Origin: Mobula hypostoma
Lineage: Eukaryota
Assembly: GCF_963921235.1 (NCBI RefSeq)
Contig: NC_086097.1
Span: forward strand, 135,658,001-135,722,000
Direction of reading: 5' to 3'
DNA: 64,000 nucleotides
The stretch's first letter is position 1. Every line of letters begins with the position of its first letter. Positions 48,620 to 60,978 of this stretch are shown here, piece by piece. The translations under genes and the position numbers were made by a program. The notes below the pieces were generated by a model, which searched no databases, was not told the origin of the DNA, and saw only the letters and a program-made list of their open reading frames with translations.

Positions 48620-51600
48620 TTTTTAAATCTTTTTATTAAATAAGTATACAAAAAGGTAAGCAATATAGACACTAATACATTGTTAGAATATAATAAAATT
48701 ACAGAAGATATTAATACAAAAAAAAACTACAAACAATGTAATTTAAACATAACATACCAAGGTAACATAATAGTATACTAATTTTATATATATATCAATG
48801 GAGAAAAAGAAAAAAAACCCCAAAAAAAACCCCACCGTGCAACTAACTAAAAGCAACGCAAAGCAATGGGCTAACTTGAAACCAAACAGAGTTAAACTTA
48901 AAATCACGTCCTCAATCCCGACCTCCATTAAAAACAGTGAAAAAAAACAAGAAGGGTATATATTACGTTAAATGAAAATATTGAATAAAAGATCTCCAAG
49001 TCTGTTCAAATTTAAATGAGGAGTCATAAAGATTGCTTCTAATTTTCTCCAAATTCAAGCATAATATCGTCTGAGAAAACCAAAAAAAGGTAGTTGGAGC
49101 ATTAAGCTCTTTCCAATGTTGTAAGATACATCTTTTCGCCATTAAAGTAAGAAATGCAATCATTCTACGGGCTGAAGGGGAGAGATTACTGGAAATTTTA
49201 GGTAGTCCAAAGATAGCAGTAATAGGGTGAGGAGAGATATCTATATTCAATACCTTGTAGATAATATTAAAAATGTCTCTCCAAAAAGTTTCCAAAGTAA
49301 GGCAAGACCAAAACGTATGAGTTAAAGAGGCTATCTGCCCTGGACATCTATCACAAAAAGGATTAATATGAGAATAAAAGCGCGCTAACTTATCTTTGGA
49401 CATATGTGCTCTATGAACAACTTTAAATTGAATTAGGGAATGTTTAGCACAGATAGAGGAAGTATTGACTAATTGTAAAATCTGCCCCCAGTCATCCACA
49501 GAAATGGTAAACCCCAATTCCTGTTCCCAATCTACCCTAATCTTATCAAATGGAGCTTTCCTAAGTTTCGTAATAATATTATAAATCATAGCCGATGCAC
49601 CTTTCTGACATGGATTAAGGTTGATTATAGTATCTAAAATGTATGTAGGAGGAAGCATTGGAAAGGAAGAAAGTATAGTACTTAGAAAATTTCTAACTTG
49701 TAAATATCTAAAAAAATGTATTCTTGATAAGTTATATTTATTAGATAATTGTTCAAAAGACATAAGGGAACCATCTAAAAATAAATCCAAAAACCGTGAA
49801 ATACCCTTAGTCTTCCAAATTTGAAAAGCACGATCCGTAAAAGAGGGAGGAAAAAATATGTTACCTAAAATAGGAATCGCTAACCCAAATTGATTAAGAT
49901 CAAAAAATTTTCTGAATTGAAACCAAATACGCAAGGTATATTTAACTATTGGGTTAGACACCTGTTAAAGGCGTTTCCAATCAAAAGGAAGAGAGGAACC
50001 TAAAATAGAGCCAAGTGTAAAACCCTGAACAGACTGTAATTCCAATATTACCCATTTAGGAATGGATAGTATATCCTGGTCCAGTAACCAGAATTTCATA
50101 TGTCGAATATTAATTGCCCAATAATAAAATCTAAAGTTAGGTAATGCTAAGCCTCCATCTCTCTTAGCTTGCTGTAAATGTATTTTACCCAGTCTCAGGT
50201 TTTTATTCTGCCAAATAAATGAAGAAATTTTAGAGTCAACTTTGTCAAAAAAAGATTTTGGAACAAAGATTGGTAATGCCTGAAATATATATAAAAACTT
50301 TGGCAAAAAAAACATCTTAACTGCATTAATACGACCAATCAAAGTTAAATATAAAGGAAGCCATTTAGATGAAAGTTGAGTAATATGGTCTATTAATGGT
50401 AAAAAGTTAGTCTTAAATAAATCTTTGTATTTACAAATAATTTTAATCCCAAGATATGAAAAATAATTATTAATCAATTTAAATGGAAATTTATAATATA
50501 AGGGAAGTTGTTTATTAATCGGAAAGAGTTCACTCTTACTAAGATTTAATTTATAACCTGTAAAAAGACCAAATTGTGCTAATAACTCTAAAACAGCCGG
50601 GATGGATTTTTGAGGATTAGAAATATATAAAAGTAAATCATCAGCATAGAGTGATAATTTATGGGACTTTAAGCCCCGAGTTATCCCAGTAATATTTGGA
50701 GATTCTCGAATGGCAATTGCAAGAGGTTCTAATGCAATATCAAATAATAAGGGACTAAGAGGACAGCCTTGTCGAGTACCTCGAAAAAGAGGGAAAAAAG
50801 GTGAACTTAAAGAGTTAGTACGGACCGAGGCCACAGGAGAATAATATAAGAGTTTAATCCAGGATATAAATTTCAAGCTGAAATTAAACCTTTCAAGCAC
50901 CTTAAATAAATAAGGCCATTCTACTCGATCAAAAGCTTTCTCGGCATCTAAAGAGATAACACACTCAGGAACATTTTGTGAGGGAGTATAAACGATATTT
51001 AACAGTGTACAAATATTACAAAAAGAGTAACGACCTTTAATAAAACCCGTTTGGTCTTCCGAAATAATAGAGGGAAGTACTTTTTCTAATCTATTTGCTA
51101 ATAACTTAGAAAAAACTTTAGAATCAACATTTAATAAAGATATTGGTCTATAAGATGCACATTGAGCAGGATCTTTATCCTTCTTTAATATTAAAGAGAT
51201 TGACGCTCTATTAAAAGGTTCAGGAAGTTTACCAAGTTTCAATGAAGCCTCAAAAACCCTACAGAGCCAAGGGATTAATGAAGGAGCAAAACATTTATAA
51301 AATTCTACGGTAAACCCATCAGGGCCAGGAGCTTTCCCCAAATTCATAGAGAAAATAACATTCTTAATCTCATCCATGGTAATAGGAGTATCTAACATAG
51401 AAGCCATATCCTGTGAAATCTCAGGGAAGTCTAAATTATCTAAAAAATCATTCATATATTTAGAATCTCGAGGAGACTCTGATTGATATAAGGGAGAGTA
51501 AAAATCACAGAAGGTTTGATTAATCCCCACATGATCAAGTATTAGTCGATCATTTTGGTTATAAATCTGATTAATTTGAGATTTAGCATAATTAGACTTC

Positions 51601-51927
51601 AATTGATTAGCCAACAGTTTACCAATTTTGTCACTGTGTACATAAAATTCACTTCTTGTTTTCTTTAATTGGTTTACAATCGAGGACGAGAGTAATAAAC
51701 TGTGTTCCATTTGAAGTTCAGTTCTTTGTTTATATAACTCCTCAGAAGGAGCTATAACATATTTCTTATCAATTTCCTTAATCTTGTCCACAATTACCAA
51801 CTCCTCCTGCTTCTGCTTCTTCCTCAAAGCAGCAGAATACGAGATAATCTGACCACGAATATAAGCTTTAAAAGTATCCCAAAGAGTGTTAACAGAAATA
51901 TCCTCTGTATATTGTATATTGTAATTG
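48620..51927 (-). mobile_element. L1-clade LINE, 5'-truncated, young
   Basis: 13-bp TSD TAGCTTGATTGTC at 48607-48619 and 51928-51940; AATAAA and short A tail at the 3' end. Confidence 0.95.
48963..51911 (-). pseudogene. L1 ORF2 (RT + C-terminal cysteine-rich knuckle); endonuclease missing; one in-frame stop at 49965-49967
   Basis: LWDTFKAYIRGQIISY, KAPGPDGF, YRPISLLNVD, SLDAEKAFDRV, RGTRQGCPLSP, LYADD, CDRC...HTFWSC; ORFs 49965-51827 and 48963-49961 are in the same frame. Confidence 0.95.
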
Positions 51928-52091
51928 TAGCTTGATTGTCAAGTTTGCAACATTATGCCTATATCTAAACTTTAGAAGTTGTTCATTGGCCGCCAAGCTT
52001 TTTGGAATATTCTTGGGCTTTGACATATATTAAGTGAATATAAACTTTCTGTTCCCATTTGAAACTAGTCAAATCAATGGATTCCAGGTTT

Positions 52092-52380
52092 AAGTGGCGC
52101 AGTAGTGTAGCTCGTATAGCTGCTGCCTCATAGCTCAGGCAACTCTTTTCATACCCTCTGGGTAAAAAGTGGCCCTTTGGGATCCTATTAAATCTCTCCT
52201 TATATGGGTTTCCTCCCGCAGTCCAAAGATATACCAGATAGGTTAATTGGTCATTGTAAATTGTCCCCTGATTGGGTTAGGGTTAAATTGGGGCTATTGG
52301 GGGTTGCTAGGCAGCATGGCTTAAAGGGCCTACACCATGCTGTATCTCCAAATCAATCAATCAATCAATCAATCAATAAT
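52092..52380 (+). mobile_element. V-SINE (HE1-like), rearranged
   Basis: GTGGCGCAG head, GGTTTCCTCCCGCAGTCCAAAGA V domain, (ATCA)n tail. Confidence 0.7.
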
Positions 52381-52384
52381 ATTG

Positions 52385-53830
52385 CAACAGCAGCTTCACA
52401 CTGAATGTCAGCAAGACTGAAGAACTGACAGTGAACTTCAGGAAGGGGAAGTTGGGACAATACACACCAGTCTTCATTAGTTATTGGTGGCAAGTGTGAG
52501 CATCTTTAAGTTCCTGGGCATTAACACCTCGGAGGATGTGTCCTGGATCCAGTGCATTGAATGTGATTGTGAAGGAGGCATGCCAGCAGCACCACTTCAT
52601 CAGGAGTTTGAGGAGATTTGGTATGTCACCTGTTAGGGGTCCACAGTTTTGTTTTCCTGGGAGTCCATGGTTTTGTTTACTGTGGGCGTCACGTGGCCCC
52701 AGTTTCGTTACTGGGAGTCCACAGTTCCGTTTCTGTGAGTGTTACCTTATGACGTATGCTGCCAGTATAAAAGAAATGTGGAGAGTGCTGAGGAGTCGAA
52801 GGAAAGAGAGAGAGAGCGTGAAGATTGCAGACATCGAGCTATCCAGGAACAGCTCACGAACGAGAAGAGTAAAGTCTAATGCTTACCCAAACCCAAAGGA
52901 TTGAATTAATCAGCGGCACACTGTGCGTTGTGGAGACGTGTCGGTTCCTTGTACGATCCATGGGTGTGGATTTTGTGACAGTCACTTTGTGAAATCGCTC
53001 TTGGTGGATTTTGGAACAGCATTCCTCGGGTGGGATCTTCAGTAATCGTTTCTTCATTCACTAGCTGTGGAATCTTTGGAATTCGTCATGATCGCCTCGT
53101 CGCTGCACTGTGAATCCACAAGTCTCTCCTCTCACCTATTTTGTGAATTAATGGGACGCTCTGAACTGCCACTTTAAGACTGTGCTTGAGTAAGGTTTGT
53201 TAAGAACGGGTTCTATGTTTGACTATAAGGGAGCATATCACTGTTAACTTCTGTTTAAGAAAGTAGTTGATTTAATTTTCTACAAATATAGTGGTTTTAA
53301 TTTTAAAACCCGGCTCAATTTGTCATCTCTTGCTGCTGGTACGTTACAAAATCATAACACACCAATTATTCTTACGAATTTCTACAGATGTACGATGGGG
53401 AGCATTCTGACTGGTTGCATCGCAGCCTGATATGGAGGCTCCAATGCAAACGATTGCAAGAGGTTGCGTGGGGTGTGGTCTCAGCCAAGTCCATCACGGG
53501 CAACAACCCTTCCCACCACCCAAGCCATTTCAAGAAGGCAGTGCCTTTTATCATTTCGGATCTTCACCATCTGGGCTATACCCTTTTCTCATTCTTACCA
53601 TTTGGGAGGAAGTTCTGGAGCCTGACCATTTACACTCAATGATTCTGAAACAGTTTCTTTCCCTCCACCATTAGCATTCTGAACAGTCCATGAGAAGTCT
53701 CATTATTCTGTATTTTTGCTCTATTTATTTAGGTTGTAACTTATAGTGCTTTTGTTTCTTTACACTGTATTGTTGCTGCACAACAAATTTCATGTCATAC
53801 AGTATATTACAGTGGAAGTAAACCTGATTC
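52385..53830 (+). mobile_element. Decayed Rex1/Babar fragment interrupted by a solo LTR
   Basis: LNVSKTEELTVNFR, FIRSLRRFGMS before the LTR; colinear continuation to LPFGRKFWSL after it. Confidence 0.7.
52631..53359. mobile_element. Solo LTR (729 bp)
   Basis: TGTTA...TAACA terminal inverted repeat; exact CACC TSD at 52627-52630 and 53360-53363. Confidence 0.85.
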
Positions 53831-55134
53831 AGGTTCCTATCACCCTGCATGCGTTTAGGGAAAGCTGTCACCAGAATGTATAACACTTTGATTCTAATAA
53901 TGACAGGTTTCTTTCTGTAACTCCATATCACTTGACCTCTTTTGGAGAACATGTCGGTAAAGCAAAGTTAGGCCGCCTGATTGTGAAATAATATGTAACA
54001 CTTTCAACACTTTTGTACTTAGTACAACACTAGTAAGCCAAGGCACTATAATTTGCAATACTAATATACCAAGCCTTTATTTTCTATTTAAGCAAAGAAT
54101 AAATTGTTATATTCATAAAGAATAACAGCCTTTGAGAATCTGAGTACTACCACAGTAGTTACTGGTTGCTGGTGTCTAATCTGTTGGTCGGGAGTTGGCA
54201 TATCTATGAAGGGGAATGCATTTTGGCACATAGCTTCTCCTACAGCAGCTACTAAGATTTCATGAGCGCAATGAATGAAGATAAAATCTCCTGCATATTT
54301 TCATTTCCAGTCATCTTGAGTTCAGTGTTTTAGTTAACATTCCTGAGACTTCACCATTGTGGCTAGGATAAATCAGTTTATGCACAATTTCTGTATGAAA
54401 TATTACAGTCAGGAACCATTTAGGTCAATTCTCGTAAAAACCAAAAGATTACTAATCCCTCGTGGTCTGTTGTAAAAGTGGAGGAATTAAAAAAAAGGTG
54501 GATTTCAATACGATTAGAAAAACCAAGTATGTGCTGTGTTTTACTATCCATAACATAATGAGCTAGAATTTATAAACGACAAGTAAAGAAACAACATTAT
54601 TTTGATTTGGTGCAAATTTTCAGTGATATCTGTTACTGACTGACTTTCACAATGAAAGTTTAAACGGTTCTAAAAGATAATTTAATGCTGACTAGAAACT
54701 TTTGCTGACAATTATAGAGGGGTGCATCCTACTGAGATTTTTTGATGATGGGCATTGGATAGGTACTTGAGGAAAATATTATATGGGACTACTGAGAAAG
54801 AGTGGGGAATAGATTGCCCTACAAGGAGCTAGTATAGACATAATGGGTTGAATGGCCTTCTTGTAAAAGTTTTCTAATTCTATGGTCAATACTTAGTATA
54901 TTTCTATTCTATTTAGTATAACTGACAGAATGTAATGCACAGGTTCAGTGTTTCTACCCAGGGATTACACACTTTATAATTAATTCCGTGTCTGCCATTA
55001 AAAGATTAGTTCATTAAAAATAAATTATTAACATCTGCGCCAAGATCTGAGGAATTCTGTGTAAAGTGATGGCTTGCAAACATTGCAGTCAGGTACGCAA
55101 AGGTTTTTGTTTATTGGATCATTAAACACCCTGG

Positions 55135-55137
<3 letters not shown>

Positions 55138-55198
<61 letters not shown>
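55138..55198. repeat. (TG)n microsatellite
   Basis: About 30 dinucleotide units with one TATA interruption. Confidence 0.98.
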
Positions 55199-56469
55199 TA
55201 CTGCAAGATGAGCATTTATCGTCAATCTCTAATAACCCCTGAGAAGACAGGGGTAAATCACCATCCTGAACCGCTGTAGACCTTCTGGCGAAGGTGCCAC
55301 CACTGCGCTGTTGAGGAAGGAGTTCCAGGATTTGGACTTAGCAACAATGAAGAATCACGGAGTTGTAGAGTCATACATCATGGAAACAGGCCCTTTGGCC
55401 CATCTTGTCCATACTAACCAAGCTGCCTAATTAAGTGGCTCCATTTGCAGATCAGTGATACCTTTCCAAGTTAGGATAGTGTGTGAATTATTGGGGAATC
55501 TTCAGGTGTTGTTCCCCCATGCACCTCCTGCCCTTATCCTTCATCATGGTCATGATTAGAATGACTGTCTCTGATGGGAAACTATATGGGGACTAATGGA
55601 ATGATTATTGAAAGGATTTGCATATAGTGTTTAACGTTACATTTTCACGTTGTTCCATGAAGCGCATCTTTTTCTGTAAACATTGAAGATAAACTCAGCT
55701 TTGAAGTTACATCACTAGCTTTGTTTCAACCTTAGCAAGGTTTTTCAAACTGTAGTAAAGGAATATTTGCCCAATAAAGGGACATTTGAGGAGAATTTGG
55801 CTGATAACATTCCCATTAAAAATTAAAAGTTAATTCTGCTGCCAATGTATCTGGAGAATTCCATGTAAACTACTGGTTTACTAACAGAATGGGAGTGGAA
55901 GCATAGACTTTCATTTTGTGTTCTTCCCACATTCCCATGAGCTCTCCTCAGATTCTACCACTCACCCACACACCATGGGAAATGGTGTTCGGCAGCGCAG
56001 CAGATCTGGCAATTGCACTCGTGAATATGCAAGTGTCGGCTAATTATTTCATTGTGATTGTATTTAACTTCATTCATTCTTTCATAGTGTTGTCGAGACT
56101 TGGACACAGCACAGCAACGCTTTGCTGCCTGTTTGCATTTGGCCTTGCCTGAGAAATTGGATTGTCAAGTCAAATGACTCTGAAGACTATCGGTATTTGT
56201 TTTATTTTTAGTTGTACTTTTTAGCCACAGTGTAGGCTTCGTTTACCATTTGAGAGATTTAGTTAACGGTCCTGTTTGGCTGAGTGTTTGTTTTCTTTTC
56301 TCTTTAACACTATTCGCATTAAAGTCTGTGAAATATCAACCCGCTTCAGTGTCTCTCACTCTGCACTTGGGCCATATCCGAACCAGGTGACAGCAGGTGA
56401 CACTTAGAGCAGCCAGTTAACCTACCAACTGAATGTAGGATGTGGGAGGAAACCAAAGAACATGGAGAC

Positions 56470-58045
56470 AGGCTAACAAGTGGAGACACCATACTGGATC
56501 TAACACTAGACAATGAACCTGGTCAGGTATCGGATCACTCAGTGAGTGAGAATTTAAAAGACAGTGATCACAAATCCCTGACCTTTAGCATAGCCAGAGA
56601 CAAGAATAGGAGCAGATGGGGTGGGAATATTTAATTGAGGCGGATTAATTACAATGGTATCAGCCAAGAACGTGGGAGTGTAAGCAAGGAGCAGACGTTC
56701 TCAAGCAAAATGTGGAGATTATTTAAGGAAGACTTGCATAAGGTTCTGGATAGGTTTATACCATTGAGAGAGGAAAGGGATGGTATAGTGAAGGAACCAT
56801 AGCTGACGTAAGTGACTTGAGGGTCAGATCATGCCATATAAGCCTGATTGACTTTTTCGAGGAAGTGACAAAACAAATTGATGAAGGTAGAGTGGTGGAT
56901 GTGGCGTGTATGGATTTCAGTAAGGCAGTTGCCAAGGTTCCCCATGGAAGGCTCAGCCAGAAAGTAAGGATCCGTGGAAAACTGGCAGTGTTGATTTGGA
57001 ATTGGCTTGCTCACAGAAGGCGGAGGGTGGTAGATGGACCATATTCTCCCTAGAGGTTGCTGACCAGCAGTGTTCCATAGGGGACTGTTCTAGGACTCCT
57101 GCTCTTTGTGATTTTTATAATCCAAGGGAAAGGGTGGGATAGTATTTTTGAAGATGACATGGAGGTTGGTGGTGTTGAATTCAAGAGCTGTAAAGTCACA
57201 TTGCAGCTCTATGAAACTTTTGGTTAGACCAGACTTGGAGCATTGTGTTCAGTTCTGGTCATCTCACTATAGGAAGGGTGTGAAAGCTGTGGAGAAGGTA
57301 CAGAGGAGACTTACTAGGAAGCTGCCTGGATTACAGAACATGCCTTGTTGAGGAAAGGTTGAGTGAGCCAGTTTTTCTCTCTGGAGAGAGAAATGAATGA
57401 TCACTTGATAGAGGTGTATAACATTATGAGAGGCACAGACAGAATGGACATAGTGCCTTTTCCCCAGGGTGGTAATGGCTAACACCAGAGGACATGCTTT
57501 TAAGGTGAGAGGAGAAAAGTTTAGGAAAAACGTCAGAGATAGATTTTTATACACATGGATTGGTAGGTGCCTGGAATGCGCTGCCAGGGTTAGTGGTGAA
57601 TGGTAAGTATCTGGAATACGCTGCCAGGGTTAGTGGTGAATAGCAAGTATCTGGAATACACTGCCAGGGTTAGTGGTGAATGGTAAGTATCTGGAATACA
57701 CTGCCAGGGTTAGTGGTGAATGGTAAGCATCTGGAATACACTGCCAGGGTTAGTGGTGAATGGTAAGTATCTGGAATACACTGCCAGGGTTAGTGGTGAA
57801 TGGTAAGTATCTGGAATACACTGCCAGGGTTAGTGGTGAATGGTAAGTATCTGGAATACACTGCCAGGGTTAGTGGTAGTAGCTGATACACTGGGAACTT
57901 TCAAGAAATCTTATGCAGATGGATGAAAGAAAAATGATGGTTGTTGGTTATGTAGGAAGGAAGGGTTAGGATTATTGTGCAGTAGGTTAAAAAGTCTACA
58001 CAACATCATGGGCTGAAAGACCCATACTGTGCCGTACTGTTCTGT
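56470..58045 (+). mobile_element. Decayed, internally deleted CR1 LINE
   Basis: ILDLTL, SDH, DFSKAVAKVPHGRL and LVRPDLEHCVQFWS remnants. Confidence 0.85.
57571..57878 (+). repeat. 40-bp minisatellite (about 7.7 copies)
   Basis: Unit CTGGAATACACTGCCAGGGTTAGTGGTGAATGGTAAGTAT repeated head to tail. Confidence 0.97.
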
Positions 58046-58468
58046 GTCGACATGGAGGAAACTCACTCAGTCACAAGGATAATGTGCAGACTCCACAGTG
58101 ATACAGCACTGGAAGTCCGGACTGAATCGGGTTCTCTGGTGCTTTGAAGCGATGCCTTGACTAGCCGAACCACTGTAACTACCTTCATATGTCTTTTTAT
58201 TTCTCGAATAACCATTGTTTCTGAACAATCTTCCAGAGTGTGCTTTGTGGGAAAGTACCCACCCTTGCACTTTTTTCCGTCAGATTGAGCTATTGGTCTG
58301 TGAATGTTCACCTCACCTGAAGGGCAAAGGCTGCAAAATTCAGCTCTGCCGGTACATAAACAATTTCAATATGAACAATTGATGAACGTCTTCAGAATTG
58401 TAGCATGAATCTCACCGGATAGCCCCAATCACAATACGTAGCAATGATCTGAACAGAAGAACATAATA

Positions 58469-60011
58469 CAGGTGTCCCCCGCATTTCGAACGTTCGCTTT
58501 ACGAAACCTCACTGTTACGAAAGACCTACATTAGTACCCTGTTTTCGCTTTCAGAAGGTGTTTTCACTGTTATGAAAAAAAAAATCAGCGCACAATAAAA
58601 GGCAGCGTGCACCCCGAGCAGCCGCTCTCCCCTGGATTTGGAACAGCATTGCTTAAACACGAGCCTGTGAGCAGCTGTTTGCAAGATGAGTTCTAAGGTA
58701 TTGGAAAAGCCTGAAAGAGCTTGTAAGGGTGTTACACTTAGCGTAAAACTAAATATAATTAAGCGTTTTGATCATGGTGAACGAAGTAAGGACAACGTGA
58801 GTTTGGCTTGTGGAAGCTGACGAAGATGATGTTGAAGAGGTTTTGGCATCCCATGACCAAGAGCTGACAGATGAAGAGCTGATGAAATTGGAAGAAAAAA
58901 GGATAACAATCGAAACTGAATGAGTAATGATAAAGCACGACTTTAATTTTGAAAGGGTACATCGGTTTAGGAGATATTTGCAGGATGGTTTGAGTCCTTA
59001 CAAAGAACTGTGTGATAGAAAAATGCGCGAGGCTCAGCAGTCAAGCCACATCAACCACAGCAAACGATGAACCTCAACCTTCGACATCGAGGTGGGCAGA
59101 GATAGAAGAAGATGAGCTGCCTGCTCTAATGGAAACAGACGATGATGAGATGACACCCCAGTGTCCCACCATCCCAACCCCCAGGCCACGGACAGATACC
59201 GATTCGTGGAGAATGCAGTGGTAGCCGGGAGGCACACAGCGCATCTTTAAGAAAAAAGCCGAAATAAACAAGCTAATTAATTAGGTGCTGCCCGACACGT
59301 AATTGTCAGCCCAGATCAGAGACAACGCAATCGGAAATCGCCTCTGATCTGGGCCGACAATTACATGTTGGGCGGCACCTAATTAATTAGCTTGTTTATT
59401 TCGGCTTTTTTCTTAAAGATGTGCTGTGTGCCTCCCGGTTATCGCTGCATTCCTGCATGCTTTGCGGCAATGTATTGGTCGGCAGCCTGGAGGGTGGGGC
59501 CACTGCACCACCCAACCTGCGACGACTCAGTCTAACACACCATCCGTGTGCTCGGTGCTGTCTTCCCGATTCCCATAAGTGATACTACACTGTACATACA
59601 TTATTTCTACTTTATATAGGCTGTGTATTTTTATGTGTTATTTGGTATGATTTGGCAGTTTCATAGCTTAAAGGTTACTGGAGAGAGTGTTTTTGCCAAC
59701 AGCGCTTGCGTGAGATTTTCTGCTGACGGCGCTTGCGTGAGATTTTTGCTACGGAGAACAGTTCAGTAATGATCGTGGAAAAGTATTTCTACTTTATATA
59801 GGCTGTGTATTTATCTGCTTTTACTATATGTTACTGTTATTTTAGGTTCTATGTGTTATTTGGCATGATTTGGTAGGTTATTTTTGGGTCTGCGAACGCT
59901 CACAACATTTTCCCATATAAATAAATGGTAATTGCTTCTTCGCTTTATGACATTTCGGCTTACGAACCATTTCATATGAACGCTCTACCTTCGGATGGCA
60001 GGGGAAACCTG
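58469..60011 (+). mobile_element. Tigger/pogo-type DNA transposon, internal-deletion derivative
   Basis: TA TSD (58467-58468, 60012-60013); termini CAGGTGTCCCC / GGGGAAACCTG; from ATG 58686 MSSKVLEKPERACKGVTLSVKLNIIKRFDHGE (CENP-B-type HTH start) joined to EDDVEEVLASHDQELTDEELMKLEE (C-terminus); no DDE core. Confidence 0.9.
59211..59452. repeat. Long inverted repeat, 111-bp arms and 20-bp spacer
   Basis: Arms 59211-59321 and 59342-59452; 8 differences counted by eye, all transitions. Confidence 0.97.
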
Positions 60012-60019
60012 TAGTTCTA

Positions 60020-60300
60020 ACACAACAAATAAGGTGCCAGCAGAATTCAGCGGGTCTGCCGGCATCTATGGAGAGAAAGAGATAAGTGGCATTTCGAATT
60101 AACACCCTTCATTGTGGACTGAAAGCTTGAGGTGAAATAGCCAGCAGAAAGCGGTGGGAGCAAGCAGTGGTGCAAGAGCTCCCAAGCCACGTGGATCCAG
60201 GTGAGGAAGGGTGATCGGGAAGTGGAGGAGGGAAAAGTAGGAAGCATTTCCAAGTTTAATGACAACGTGAGAGCAGATGGGGTCATGCATAGTGACAGAG
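60020..60300 (-). mobile_element. Penelope 3' UTR relic with decayed hammerhead motif
   Basis: - strand CAGTCC-ACAATGA-AGGGTGTTAATTC-GAAATGCC, followed by CTCCATAGATGCC. Confidence 0.55.
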
Positions 60301-60978
60301 AAATGTTGATTTCTTCATCTGGGCCATGCCCTACTTGATGCTACCATCAAGCTGGATATACAGGAGCCTGAACACCCATACATGAAGGTTCAAAGAAAGC
60401 TTCTTCTCCACTGCCATCAGGTTCTTGAACTGAGCTGAATAACTCCAATTCTACTTCAGACTGTATATCTTTTTTTCTCTCATCTTGTACTCATGTTGTT
60501 ATGTTAATTTTGGCTTAATTCCTTGTATCAATTATGTATAATTTATGTTAATTTATATTGGTCATGTTTGTAATGTACTGTGCTGCTACTTCCAAAAGCT
60601 AGTTTTCATGGGATTTGTACCCTGTGCATGAGCTATGTAGTACATCCTGAAGCCAGTAAGTCTTGACCGTGAAAACAAACCTGCAGATTCAGCAAGTAGT
60701 TAAGAAGGAAAAGGGTACATTAGTTATCATTGCAATTGGTGTTGAGTATTGGAGCGAGGATGGCTCAGATGATGTTAAGAGGCATAGAGAGAGAGAGTGG
60801 ACAGCCAGTGCCTTTTTCCCAGGATGGCATTGGCTAATATGAGCAGACTTGCTTTTAAAGTGAGTGGAGGATGTCAAAGGCAGGTTTTTACAGAGAGTGG
60901 TGGGTGCATGGAATGTACTGCCGGGGTGGTGGTAGAGGCAGATACATTTGGGACATTGAAAAGACTGAAGAGAAATTC

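Noticed and set aside
57571..57878. CRISPR-like periodic array
   Set aside because: Units are contiguous with no unique spacers, derive from CR1, and no cas genes are present.
59151..59513. hAT MITE with CAGTG/CACTG ends and an 8-bp TSD
   Set aside because: Flanking 8-mers (TGACACCC versus CACCACCC) match only partly, so the hairpin is reported without a family call.
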